DNA of 64,000 nt from a virus (lineage: Duplodnaviria; Caudoviricetes). The stretch lies in the IMG/VR virus record IMGVR_UViG_3300037047_000246; one strand, written 5' to 3'. The translations under genes were made by a program, and so were the position numbers. This document shows, piece by piece, positions 38,554 through 49,344 of this stretch (position 1 is the first letter of the stretch; each line of letters starts with the position of its first letter). The notes beneath the pieces are model-generated. The model was not told where the DNA came from, did no database searches, and saw nothing but the letters and a program-made list of their open reading frames with translations.

Positions 38554-39530
38554 CGTCGTCCGACGAGCACTTGTCTGACCAGATTCCTGGCTTTCGCAAG
38601 GACGACTACAGGGCTGCGATCTTGGCAAAGTTGTCTTGGCAGGGGGACGAGGCGAAGAAGTTCAGCGCCGACGCTGTGCTTCGCGGCGGTGATTTCTTTC
38701 ACGCCAAGAAGCCTGGCCGGACCACCAAAGCTACGCTGGTTGAAGCAATGGCCATTCACAAGTCGTACTCCTGTCCGACTTACGCCATAGCTGGCAATCA
38801 CGACGTGGTCTACAGCGACCTGTCGTCACTGCCGCGCCAGCCGCTCGGGGTCATGTACGAGTCTGGCATCTTCAAACGCATGTCGGACGTCGTGTTCGAG
38901 TCAGGCTCCCTCAGCGTGAGAGTGGTCGGGGTGGATTACGACCCTGGCATGACGGCGGAGAAACTGGTCGGGATGGTTGGCAGCAAGGGCCATACGTACA
39001 CCATAGCCGTAGTCCACGCGCTGGCGGAAATGTCTCCGTCTGTGCGCACCCAGTCGTTCTTCAATGAGCAAATTTTGGACTACAGAGACTTGGTGTTCCC
39101 TGGGTGTCCAGACGTTTACGTATTTGGTCACTACCACAAAGACCAATCCGTTCAAAACCACATGGGCGTGCAGTTTGTCAACCTCGGGGCCATCGCCAGA
39201 GGCTCTTTGACCATAGAAAACCTTGAGCGCAAGCCGAAGGTTGCCTTGATCAAATGCAGCAGTTCTGGTGTGTCCATAGATCAGTCGGTTGTGCCGCATT
39301 CTGCCTCAGCAGACGTTTTCGACCTGGAGCGCAAGCAGTCGGCAGAAGTCAGTCAAAAGTCGATGTCCGCATTTTTGGAAAAGCTGAGGTGCAACGCCGC
39401 GATGATTGGCGGAGCAGACGTCAGGCGCCGCATGAGCCAATTCATGGAATCGGACGAGTTTTGCCCGGACGAGAAGAGCGTTGTCAGAGAAGTGTTTGAA
39501 GCCGCAGAGTCCGGCCAGACGGAGCTGTGA
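38532..39530 (+). CDS. sbcD: SbcD/Mre11-like metallophosphoesterase nuclease
   Basis: 'SDEH', 'GGDFFH', 'AGNHD', 'AVVH', 'FGHYHK', 'VNLGAIAR'. Confidence 0.88.
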   Translation: MSEIRFLTSSDEHLSDQIPGFRKDDYRAAILAKLSWQGDEAKKFSADAVLRGGDFFHAKKPGRTTKATLVEAMAIHKSYSCPTYAIAGNHDVVYSDLSSLPRQPLGVMYESGIFKRMSDVVFESGSLSVRVVGVDYDPGMTAEKLVGMVGSKGHTYTIAVVHALAEMSPSVRTQSFFNEQILDYRDLVFPGCPDVYVFGHYHKDQSVQNHMGVQFVNLGAIARGSLTIENLERKPKVALIKCSSSGVSIDQSVVPHSASADVFDLERKQSAEVSQKSMSAFLEKLRCNAAMIGGADVRRRMSQFMESDEFCPDEKSVVREVFEAAESGQTEL

Positions 39531-40366
39531 TGGCGGATTTCTTATATCTAAGCTACACCGGTCGAAAGACGTATCTGACCTGTCCTCGCAAATACTGGTA
39601 CAGGTACGTCAGCCGACAAGCGGCAGTGGACGACGGCAGGAAGGCCTTGTTCGGCTTAGCCATGGGCAAGATCTTCGAGTGGTTCTATAACCGCAAATTT
39701 TGGCTGGAGCCAGATCCTGTGCGCAAATGCTTGTCTGTGTCGGATGCTGCCATAGACGACGCGTGCGACTCCAAAAACATAGATCGTGTGCTGCATCAAA
39801 ATTTCTTGGGCGACCTGCGCAGGGATGTGCGCATGTTTGTTCCGCACGCTGTGGAGACCATACGCACACACAAGTTGCTGACGCCTTGCAGTCGCAGCGA
39901 AGTGGACCTGACTGTGGACCACGTGACAGATGGTTTAAAACTTCGACTCGGCGGCCGTGCTGACTTTGTGCACGGAGTCAACACTGTGTGGGTGGTCGAT
40001 GGCAAAGGCAGCGTCCACAGAGAGAAGTATGTGGACTCGGAGCAGCTAATATGGTATGCGCTTTTGCACTATTTGAAGCACCATATTGCTCCCAGCAGGC
40101 TAGGATTTTTGCATTACAGATTCCCGGACGATCCAATGCAGTGGATCGTGTACGACGAGCAGTCCATGCGGTCGCTCTTCAACAAGACGTTGGCCATAGT
40201 AGACAGCATACTTGGCGGACAGTTTGACCCGACGCCGTCTGGAGACTGCAATCGGTGCGAATTCAAAACTTCGTGTACCGATGGCACTAAGCACCTGGCA
40301 GCGAAGCGCGTAGCCAGCGGAGGTCGAATAGAGTCATCGATCTTTGACCTTGAAAATGTAACATGA
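39527..40366 (+). CDS. PD-(D/E)XK nuclease (RecB/Cas4-like superfamily, PDDEXK_1)
   Basis: 'LSYTG...CPRKYW', 'GRAD...VVDGK', 'QLIWY', C-terminal 'C..CEF...C'. Confidence 0.82.
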   Translation: MMADFLYLSYTGRKTYLTCPRKYWYRYVSRQAAVDDGRKALFGLAMGKIFEWFYNRKFWLEPDPVRKCLSVSDAAIDDACDSKNIDRVLHQNFLGDLRRDVRMFVPHAVETIRTHKLLTPCSRSEVDLTVDHVTDGLKLRLGGRADFVHGVNTVWVVDGKGSVHREKYVDSEQLIWYALLHYLKHHIAPSRLGFLHYRFPDDPMQWIVYDEQSMRSLFNKTLAIVDSILGGQFDPTPSGDCNRCEFKTSCTDGTKHLAAKRVASGGRIESSIFDLENVT

Positions 40367-40379
40367 CACGGGAGGCATC

Positions 40380-40667
40380 ATGGCAGACAAGATTGAAGAT
40401 CTCGACGAGAAGTATAAGCGTTTGTCGCGCCGCAGGGACTCTCTTCAGCAGGACAAGACTCGGATAGAAGCAGAGTTGGAAGCGCGCAAAAGGGCTCTGA
40501 AGAGTCAGATGGAAGCGGCGAAAAAAGAGGGGTATAACCCGGACAATCTGCAAGAGGACATACGCAAGAACGAGGAAATCCTCGCGCTGAAGCTCGACAA
40601 TTTCGAGGCGGAACTTGCTGACGCCGAACGTGTGATGAAGCCGATGTTGGAAGAGATCAAGGGTTGA
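40380..40667 (+). CDS. Short coiled-coil protein
   Basis: GGAGG SD; heptad-rich, 95 aa. Confidence 0.7.
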   Translation: MADKIEDLDEKYKRLSRRRDSLQQDKTRIEAELEARKRALKSQMEAAKKEGYNPDNLQEDIRKNEEILALKLDNFEAELADAERVMKPMLEEIKG

Positions 40668-40668
40668 C

Positions 40669-41778
40669 ATGACTCACAAGTTCGCGTTTGCAGCACAGAG
40701 TTTGAAGCGCGGGTTGGCCTTGGTGAAATTGGTCAAACCTGCTTCAGGTGACTTTGCGGTACGTTTTGGGACGACCGGAGTGAGTTTCTTTTCAGCCGAC
40801 AAGCGCCGCATGGCCCTTGTGAACGTGGCCGCTCTTGAAACTCCTGAAGTGCCTGGTGGTTGGGTTTCTGACGAGTACTTCATTCCTGTCAGCAAAATGG
40901 TGCTGTTTGACGCGGATTTGGCGGACGTCAGCTTTGTGTTGGGTGAGAACTCCCTGACTGTGCAAGCTACCGGAGGTAAGCACACTAGGAAGGCTACCAT
41001 AAAGCGGCGCGTGGACTCCACGCGCCGCAAGCATATGCCGACTGTGCGTTGGGGCAACTTGGTCATGGTGGACGCCCGTCGGCTCGCAAAGATGTTGCGT
41101 GTCGTCGGGTGCTCGGCTTTAGTGAAAGAAACCAAGACTGAGGAGGAAATGCGCGTCAATCAGGTGCATTTCGACTCAGTGTCGTCCAGCGCTTCGTCAA
41201 ACGCCAGGTTCCACGCGTCTGTGGTTAAGACTGAAGGCATGGACCTGGACGTGTCTATCGTCGGTTCAGACATTCCGACAGTGCGGACGTTTTGTGCAAA
41301 GCTGGAAGGTAAAGTCGGTTTGTGCCAGGACAAGCACAGATTGTACGTCGTCGACCCGCAGTCAGATTCGGCAATAGTCGTGAGCCGGGTCGCATCTGTC
41401 AGCACGAAGTTTGAGGCGCCTACGCTAGAGTTCGCAACTGAAATATTGCTGTCGCGCGAGAATTTGATAGATGGACTCGATTGGGCCTTGGCGGCTCTGG
41501 ATGGCACTCAGCGTTTGACGTGCGAAGCCAGCGGTGAAGAGTTGAAGATGTCCAACAGCGGAGAGATCTTCAACATGCCAGTCACATTCAAGTCGGGTCG
41601 CGAGTTCAAAGCAGATCTGCCCGCCAAGTTCATGCGTACGGTTGCGGACCATTTGGACTCTGACAACATCATGCTTCGGTTTGGCCACGCGCAGCACCCT
41701 ACGCTGATGGAGGTGTCGAACGTTGACGAGCCAGACATTCAGGTCAGGCATTTCATACATACGATGAGGAGCCGATGA
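40669..41778 (+). CDS. DNA Pol III beta-clamp-like protein
   Basis: 369 aa (DnaN size) with a three-domain alpha/beta pattern ('LSRENLIDGLDWA', 'KFMRTVADHLDSDNIMLRFG...PTLM'). Lies in the same block as the clamp-loader genes; sequence is divergent. Confidence 0.55.
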   Translation: MTHKFAFAAQSLKRGLALVKLVKPASGDFAVRFGTTGVSFFSADKRRMALVNVAALETPEVPGGWVSDEYFIPVSKMVLFDADLADVSFVLGENSLTVQATGGKHTRKATIKRRVDSTRRKHMPTVRWGNLVMVDARRLAKMLRVVGCSALVKETKTEEEMRVNQVHFDSVSSSASSNARFHASVVKTEGMDLDVSIVGSDIPTVRTFCAKLEGKVGLCQDKHRLYVVDPQSDSAIVVSRVASVSTKFEAPTLEFATEILLSRENLIDGLDWALAALDGTQRLTCEASGEELKMSNSGEIFNMPVTFKSGREFKADLPAKFMRTVADHLDSDNIMLRFGHAQHPTLMEVSNVDEPDIQVRHFIHTMRSR

Positions 41779-42401
41779 ACGACAGACTTGACGCTGTGCG
41801 CGCGGGCGTAGCTCACTTGAGCGCCTACCGAGACGTCATGCTGTCTCAGGTTGCAACTGCTGAGGCGAAAGTGTCAAAGCTGCAACGGCGCTCCGAGCTT
41901 CTGCAAAAAGCATCAGATGTTTTCAAGGAATGGCTTGACGATTCGCTCAAGCAGAACGTCGGCGCCATCGGGGACTTGGTCACAACTGGTTTGCAGCACA
42001 TTGTGCACGACCAGAGTTTGACTTTCAAAATCAAGCAGGAGATGAAGTTCAATCGGTTGTCCATGAGGTTTGCCATAGAAGACGACGGCGTCGAAGGCGA
42101 CCCGATGGCTTCGTTTGGCGGAGGAGCGGTGCTCACAGCCTCTCTTATTTTGCGCCTTGCGATCATGGCGCGTTTGGGCATGGGCAACCTACTTCTGCTG
42201 GACGAGTCCATGCACGCTTTGGCGAACAGGTACGTGCCGGCGGCGGCGGCGTTCATGCGGCAACTTTCTGAACAGACCGGCATCAACATACTTATGGTGA
42301 CGCACAACGAGGAGTTTCTTAACTACGCCCACACCGCATATGAGGGTCGCAAAGAAGGGGCTTTGCGGCTGCATAAGCGCAAAGCGTCAGGTGACCAGTG
42401 A
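41775..42401 (+). CDS. SbcC/Rad50-like ABC ATPase, C-terminal half only
   Basis: Coiled coil, a signature-like 'SFGGG', Walker B 'LLLLDES' and H-loop 'MVTHN'. No Walker A. Confidence 0.75.
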   Translation: MNDRLDAVRAGVAHLSAYRDVMLSQVATAEAKVSKLQRRSELLQKASDVFKEWLDDSLKQNVGAIGDLVTTGLQHIVHDQSLTFKIKQEMKFNRLSMRFAIEDDGVEGDPMASFGGGAVLTASLILRLAIMARLGMGNLLLLDESMHALANRYVPAAAAFMRQLSEQTGINILMVTHNEEFLNYAHTAYEGRKEGALRLHKRKASGDQ

Positions 42402-42982
42402 AATCGCAAGAAGATGTAAGGCAGCGATTGGAAAAGCTGCGTCTCAGATATATGAAGCGCCACTGCGCCGAGGTGCTGTCTAGGAAGCCTCAGAACTGCA
42501 TGTTCAATCGTGAGCATACACCCACCCAACTGAAGCCTGACATCTTGACAGAGATGGAACTGGCTCCTCGTATTTCCAAAACGCTGGTTGTGTTTCAGCA
42601 AGACGCTACTATTCGTTTGTGCATGCTTGGATCTGAATCCGTCCAGTTTTGGAGTGGAGATATTTGCGATTCGGAAAACGTGGCCAAGCAGTGCAAATAC
42701 TTCCAGCCAAAGCTGACAGACAAGCAGGCGGCGGACGAATTTTGTGCCAAGATGGCTGACGACGATTTTGTCTATGCGAACTACCAGGACATTGCTGCCT
42801 TGCAGTGGGTGATTGAAGACAGAATATACAAAACGCCACTTTCGTGGTGGGGCAGGTTGCTGCTGTGGTTCCATATTTTGGTCCGCAGAGCTTACCGGCC
42901 CAAAATGCTTCCGCCTGCTTCTGACGAACCGATTCCGGGAGATCTGTGGCAAAATGCTGATGCTGAAGATACTGGAAAATGA
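42398..42982 (+). CDS. Hypothetical Cys-containing protein
   Basis: 194-aa ORF, translationally coupled. Confidence 0.65.
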   Translation: MKSQEDVRQRLEKLRLRYMKRHCAEVLSRKPQNCMFNREHTPTQLKPDILTEMELAPRISKTLVVFQQDATIRLCMLGSESVQFWSGDICDSENVAKQCKYFQPKLTDKQAADEFCAKMADDDFVYANYQDIAALQWVIEDRIYKTPLSWWGRLLLWFHILVRRAYRPKMLPPASDEPIPGDLWQNADAEDTGK

Positions 42983-43529
42983 TCTGCATAGGTCAAAGAA
43001 TCAGTCAGCTTTGCCTTTGATTGTGGAAGTGCCGGCCATTCCTGATTTCCTGCCTGCCCTTGTTTCCAACAGCACTGGAAAATTTTTGGTGGCAAGACGG
43101 CTCACCGGGGACAACCGGATCAGAGTTGGCGTCTTCCAACATGACTCAGACAAGATAGACCAGCTGATAGGTCCCATGGTTCAGGCCGCCCTGTCCATGT
43201 CGCACGAGGAGGGGTGGCCGAACGTCTTTGGGGCGAGCGAATTCAAGAAGGCTTTCGACTATATAAAAACGCAGAGCAAGATGCCGGCGCAGCCTCACGT
43301 GTGTTTGGTTCCAGAGTCTTGGCCTCAAGACAAGATCTCCAAACTGTTTGGCACGGACGCGAACATAGCGAAATATCGCAAGTACTGCAGAGTGATTGCG
43401 GCCGGCGTGCCTTGCGTAGTTTTCCTATCCAGACCCGACATGGTGGGTCTTTACACGTATTTTTGTGGCCTCAACACCATCGCCTTGCTGCTTCATAATG
43501 TGAAAAAAGGCATGGCTTTCTGCACATGA
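42954..43529 (+). CDS. Hypothetical protein
   Basis: ATG 42954; ATGA overlap with the primase. Confidence 0.6.
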   Translation: MLMLKILENDLHRSKNQSALPLIVEVPAIPDFLPALVSNSTGKFLVARRLTGDNRIRVGVFQHDSDKIDQLIGPMVQAALSMSHEEGWPNVFGASEFKKAFDYIKTQSKMPAQPHVCLVPESWPQDKISKLFGTDANIAKYRKYCRVIAAGVPCVVFLSRPDMVGLYTYFCGLNTIALLLHNVKKGMAFCT

Positions 43530-44335
43530 CTGTGGTCGATCGTTTCGTGGAGTGGGCGCACACCGGACTGATGCAGTCTCAAGAAGCGCAGCAGTATCTG
43601 CTCGGCAGAGGCGTGTCCGAAGAGCAGTGGATTCGACACAGAATGGGGTACGTGATAGGCGATTATTGTCCTGATTCCGGGTCCGATCCAGGCCACAGCG
43701 GGTGTTGCGGGGAGTCTAGCGACTGGAGTCAATGGTGCGATTCGTGCAGAATGATTCGGTGGTCGTCTGCCTGGGAAGATCAGGAGAACGGACCTCGGCG
43801 CGCTGTAGCGGGTCGCAAGATGGCCGGATGTGTGGTGCTTCCTCTGACGTCGTACTCCGGGGCCGTCGTTGGGTTTCAGACGCGCTCCATCCAGGGCAAG
43901 GTATTCGACTCTTTCTCGCTCTCCAGAAGGCCAGAAGGATACTTTTTCGGCGCCGCGTCGAATATGGGTCCCATATGGTCTACCAGAAAAGTGGTGGTGG
44001 TAGAAGGGCCCTTTGATCATTTAGTAATTGAACGCCTGGTCACTAGAAACGTTGTTGCGCTCATCACCAACACCGCCAATCGTGTCCAGACAAAGTTCTT
44101 CCGCCGCTTTGTGGAGTCTGTCGATTTGCTGCTGGACAAAGACGTCGCTGGCCGAGACGGGGCCGAGTCCCTGCAAGCTAAGCTACAAGGCGGTCCATAC
44201 GTTCGGACTGTCAAGTTCGATGTAAAGGATCCGAGCGGGGCCAGATGTAAGGACCCGAACGAGGCATGGAAAGCGATGGGCGACGTTCGCTTTTCCAGAT
44301 ATTTCACTCAGTTGCTTGATGTTGTGCGTTACTAG
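43526..44335 (+). CDS. DnaG-like primase (TOPRIM core, no N-terminal zinc-binding domain)
   Basis: 'YLLGRG', 'VVGFQTRSI', 'VVVEGPFD', 'LLDKDVAGRDG', 'KDPNE'. Confidence 0.85.
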   Translation: MTVVDRFVEWAHTGLMQSQEAQQYLLGRGVSEEQWIRHRMGYVIGDYCPDSGSDPGHSGCCGESSDWSQWCDSCRMIRWSSAWEDQENGPRRAVAGRKMAGCVVLPLTSYSGAVVGFQTRSIQGKVFDSFSLSRRPEGYFFGAASNMGPIWSTRKVVVVEGPFDHLVIERLVTRNVVALITNTANRVQTKFFRRFVESVDLLLDKDVAGRDGAESLQAKLQGGPYVRTVKFDVKDPSGARCKDPNEAWKAMGDVRFSRYFTQLLDVVRY

Positions 44336-44347
44336 GAGAACACATTC

Positions 44348-44809
44348 ATGGAACAGCCCAAGAAGGCCGCCCGTCCGAAGCCTGAGCCGATCATGTACGA
44401 CAAGCACGACTTGTCCAGGGAAATAGCAGAAAAGTTGATTCCCAAGTTTCACGCTGAGCTAGCTTCAGCCAAGTTTGAATACCTGTGCCGCACCAAGTCG
44501 GCGAAGGCTGGCGGCAAGCCTGTGCCAGGCAAAATCTACAAGCCTGGTGGCTGGTCCAAGTTTCTTGTTGGTGTCGACTTCGTGCTGGAAATCGCGCTGG
44601 ACTGTTGGAACCAGTTGGAGCCCAACCAGCGCAGTGCTCTTGTCGACCATCTGTTGAGTCGGTGCGTTGGCACCGAAGACGAGCAAAACGGCGAAATGAA
44701 GTGGAGCCTCAGGCCGCCTGAGGTGCAAGAGTTTCCCGAAGTGGCAGAGCGCCACGGGTGCTGGAACGAGGGGCTTTCTGAATTCAGGCAGTGCTTGGTG
44801 AATAAGTGA
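44348..44809 (+). CDS. Phage metallopeptidase-like protein with a degenerate HExxH
   Basis: AGGAG SD. 'DFVLEIALDCW..L...QRSALVDHLLSRC...PPEVQEFPEVAERHG' matches the family pattern, but HELxH reads HLLSR. Confidence 0.65.
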   Translation: MEQPKKAARPKPEPIMYDKHDLSREIAEKLIPKFHAELASAKFEYLCRTKSAKAGGKPVPGKIYKPGGWSKFLVGVDFVLEIALDCWNQLEPNQRSALVDHLLSRCVGTEDEQNGEMKWSLRPPEVQEFPEVAERHGCWNEGLSEFRQCLVNK

Positions 44810-44813
44810 AGCC

Positions 44814-45028
44814 ATGGCTCCCAGAAAACGCGCCACGCCGTCCAAGCAGATCGGCGACATCCTTTGGGAGCGGGTCTTCCAGATCAAGTGTAAGTCAAAA
44901 AACGGGCAGACGCTCACAGACGAGGAGCGCGGCTTGATCGAAGAGGCCTTCCAAACCGATCCTAGGCGGTATCGCGATTTGGAGGGAGAAGTTTTCAACG
45001 CGACGGTGCCCTTTGGATCGTCTGCCCG

Positions 45029-45041
<13 letters not shown>
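44814..45041 (+). CDS. Small hypothetical protein
   Basis: 75-aa ORF in the operon. Confidence 0.55.
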
Positions 45042-46393
<1,352 letters not shown>

Positions 46394-46897
46394 GTGGGTC
46401 GTAGTCGGCCTTTCTGCGGCTGGCGAGCGAGAAACCAACCTTTCTGCAATAGCCAACGCTGTAAAACGGATACTCGGGTGCGACGTAGAAGTGTTTGTGC
46501 CCGCTGTGTCGCAGCAAGCTAGAGACGAGTCTCATACAGCGGTATATATGGACGGATACATATTCGTCAAATACCGCGACAACGTTTCATTCATCAAGCT
46601 CCAAGACACCATGTACTTCGGCCAAGTGTTGTGTTGCAAAGTAAGAGGAGGAGCTGTGGACTACTCGCTTGTGGACGACCGGGTGCTGGACCCTTTGCGC
46701 AAAGGCGTCAAAAACCTCAGCGTGTGCAAGTTTTCTGCTGGCGACTCGGTGCGAGTCACCAGAGGCGAGTTCAAAAACTTGAGAGGCGTAGTCCGCCTGA
46801 TTCACGAAGGTGGCGAAACTGTCTTGGTGGACGTGAGTCAGAGGTCCAAACCGATGCTCATAGACTTTCCTGTAATATACCTTCAGGTGGTGGATCC

Positions 46898-47908
46898 GTG
46901 AGAAAACACATCCTGATCGACGGCGGAAACCTGCTGCACCGGGCGTTTCACGTGTTTGTGGCTCCAGCAGAAGACTCCGGGGCGCGCCAGTTGTGCTCCG
47001 ACTTCGGATATCCGACGGGACTCGTGTATGGCCCTCTCAGCTTCTTAGCTGATTGGATCCCTACGCTCGGGCGGTTTGATGCCGTGCACATGTTCATGGA
47101 CGGTCGGCCGGCTAGGCGCAAGTCCATGGACCAGACGTACAAAGTCAGGGACACGTCTAGGCGGTCCATGTTTAGCGCAGAGCGAAAACCGCTGGAGCTG
47201 CCGAGCGGCTGGATTGCCGCTGACGAAGTGGACGTGCTTTTGCACATCTTGGAGCTGCTTGGTGTCAACGTATATGCGGACCCTGGGGAAGAAGCCGACG
47301 ACCTCATTGCCAGCTTCGTGAAGGCGCATGAGGACGATGTGCATGTTGTCGTGTCGTCCGACAAAGACTTTTTTCAGCTTCTGACCAATCCGCGCGTTGT
47401 GCAGTACAGGCCTGGCGCCAGCGGCCAGCGCCTGGTCGACGCTGAAGCGGCTGAAGCGTACTGGGCTACGCTCAATCGTGGCAATCATCCGCCCGTACCT
47501 TGCGCCCACGTCAGAATGTTCAAGAGCCTGTGCGGTGACGCGTCAGACACCATAGTGGGGGTGCCAAGGCTTCGCAAGAGGACTGCTGCAGCTGTGGCTG
47601 GGTATGCGGATGTGGACTGCATAGCTGCAGCTGGCTGGCCTGGTTTTTCCGAGCTGGAAAAGCAGCGAGCGCAGGAGCTGTTGGATAGACTGAAGCTAAA
47701 CTGGCAATTGGTTGGTTTGATAGATACTCTGCCAGTGGAGCCGTTGCGCAGGGTCGAGCCTAACGCTGGTTTGGCAGCTGTGGTCCTGAAGCATTTGAAC
47801 ATCTGCTTGGACACCACCTTTTTGGTGCCAGGCGCAAGCAGGATGTCCGTAGCCGATGCTCCGGCAAAAGTGGTGAAGCTCGACGACAACTGGCTGGACG
47901 CGCTGTGA
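46898..47908 (+). CDS. 5'-3' exonuclease (Pol I N-terminal/FEN-like)
   Basis: 'LIDGGNLLHRAF', 'MDG..ARRK...YK', 'EEADDLIA', 'SSDKDFFQL', 'GDASDTIVGVP'. Confidence 0.92.
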   Translation: MRKHILIDGGNLLHRAFHVFVAPAEDSGARQLCSDFGYPTGLVYGPLSFLADWIPTLGRFDAVHMFMDGRPARRKSMDQTYKVRDTSRRSMFSAERKPLELPSGWIAADEVDVLLHILELLGVNVYADPGEEADDLIASFVKAHEDDVHVVVSSDKDFFQLLTNPRVVQYRPGASGQRLVDAEAAEAYWATLNRGNHPPVPCAHVRMFKSLCGDASDTIVGVPRLRKRTAAAVAGYADVDCIAAAGWPGFSELEKQRAQELLDRLKLNWQLVGLIDTLPVEPLRRVEPNAGLAAVVLKHLNICLDTTFLVPGASRMSVADAPAKVVKLDDNWLDAL

Positions 47909-47953
47909 AGCAAATGTGCTCGCACGGCGCTGTTCGAGCTCGTTGAAAACTGC

Positions 47954-48388
47954 TCAGGGGATGTTCACCATAACCTCAGAGTGCCACCACTCTGAGATGA
48001 CTTCATGAGCGGAGAAAGGCACCTTTACGGGTGCTGCCAGGCCGCCTCCTGAAATCACGGCATACCCCATGTCCCGGTCTTCAAGGTCAACAGCGTCGAC
48101 CCTGATGGGTTCCATGACAGGATTTTGCGGGTCTTGCTGCTCTTGATTCCCGGACTGCTTACGGGCCGCGGCATCGGCCTGAAACTTGTTCTCAGCGTCG
48201 CATACCATCTGGACTATCGACAAGAGATCTCCGCCTGAGTTCACCACATCCATGAACGTTCCGTTTGCGTCCACGGCGGCGAGCATTCGGCGTAGTTCAG
48301 CGGCCACAAGCACCTTACTGGGCTGCTTGGAATTGGCTACTCGTTGAGCGATTTGATGCAACTTAGCTGCAAATTGGGCCGGGTTCAT
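47954..48388 (-). CDS. Hypothetical protein sharing an N-terminal motif with 2009-2320
   Basis: MNPAQFAAKLHQIAQRVANSKQPSKVLVAAELRRMLAAV. Confidence 0.65.
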   Translation of the reverse strand: MNPAQFAAKLHQIAQRVANSKQPSKVLVAAELRRMLAAVDANGTFMDVVNSGGDLLSIVQMVCDAENKFQADAAARKQSGNQEQQDPQNPVMEPIRVDAVDLEDRDMGYAVISGGGLAAPVKVPFSAHEVISEWWHSEVMVNIP

Positions 48389-48551
48389 GTTCTGGCCAGT
48401 CAATAAAACATTCAAGATGCCTTATTGACTGGTAGTGTAGTGTAGGCAATTCCTCTTCCTGGGTAATGGCCTGTCGCGATACGCACATCTATACGCAGAC
48501 TTTCCTCCCAAACCGATACGCATACCCACACCACCCAGGCTGGGGTCGGAA

Positions 48552-49331
48552 ATGTCTAACTATGTGATCATTCAGAATCCGAGTGATTTGTCTGCAAGGT
48601 TCAGCAACAGGGATCGTCTCGGATGGGACGGCCAGGAGCTGGACGTAGACGAACTGATAGAGCAGAATCTTGCGCCAGAAGAAGAGGAGGAGATAGACGG
48701 GACATGTCTCCCTGACTTCAGCCTGATCGAGCGATATCTAGACAGGATCCCGGACCGAGAAGCTGACCTGATCACCCTGTACTACAGGGACAGGATGAAG
48801 CAAGAGCAGATAGCAAAGCTGTTTAGGATCACACAAGCCGCAGTGTCATATAGACTTCATAGAGGCATTCGGCGCATTCAGTTTCTGCGAACCATTCCTG
48901 AGCTCATGCGGGACCAGTTCGAGCTTGAGCTCGGTCCGAAGTTCTCTGATCAAGACAGGGAAATTCTGTGGCGCATGTACGAGACGACGTGCCAATCGGA
49001 GATCGCCAAGCAAATGAACCTCACGCAAGGGCGAGTCAGGCACAGGTTCTTCAGATCGCTGGCGAGGGTCAAAGAGCTCATTCGCGAAGAAGTGCGCGAG
49101 GAGCAAGTGAGGATGCAGCTCAAGCACAAGAAAACAGGCCTGGACCCGGAGTCCGATGAAGCCAAGAAGGCAATATCGGACGTGGCCAACGCTGCCATCG
49201 ATTCGTCCAAGTATGCCAAATATTGGACAGTGTTCTTCGCCATTTCAGACAAACACTTCAACATACTTCACGAGGTGTCACTCCCTCAGTTCTTAGACCG
49301 CGGCGACGCTCAGATAATGACTATCAGGTGA
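48552..49331 (+). CDS. Sigma70-like factor / tandem region-4 HTH protein
   Basis: 'LDRIPDREADLITLYY...KQEQIAKLFRITQAAVSYRL' and a second 'SDQDREILW...QSEIAKQMNLTQGRVRHR'. Confidence 0.75.
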   Translation: MSNYVIIQNPSDLSARFSNRDRLGWDGQELDVDELIEQNLAPEEEEEIDGTCLPDFSLIERYLDRIPDREADLITLYYRDRMKQEQIAKLFRITQAAVSYRLHRGIRRIQFLRTIPELMRDQFELELGPKFSDQDREILWRMYETTCQSEIAKQMNLTQGRVRHRFFRSLARVKELIREEVREEQVRMQLKHKKTGLDPESDEAKKAISDVANAAIDSSKYAKYWTVFFAISDKHFNILHEVSLPQFLDRGDAQIMTIR

Positions 49332-49344
49332 TGTAACTTGGCGC

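Noticed and set aside
39527-40366. PD-(D/E)XK nuclease as a possible Cas4 of the CRISPR system
   Set aside because: It sits 11 kb away in the SbcD/clamp recombination operon and has a RecB-like PDDEXK_1 pattern. Nothing links it to the array.
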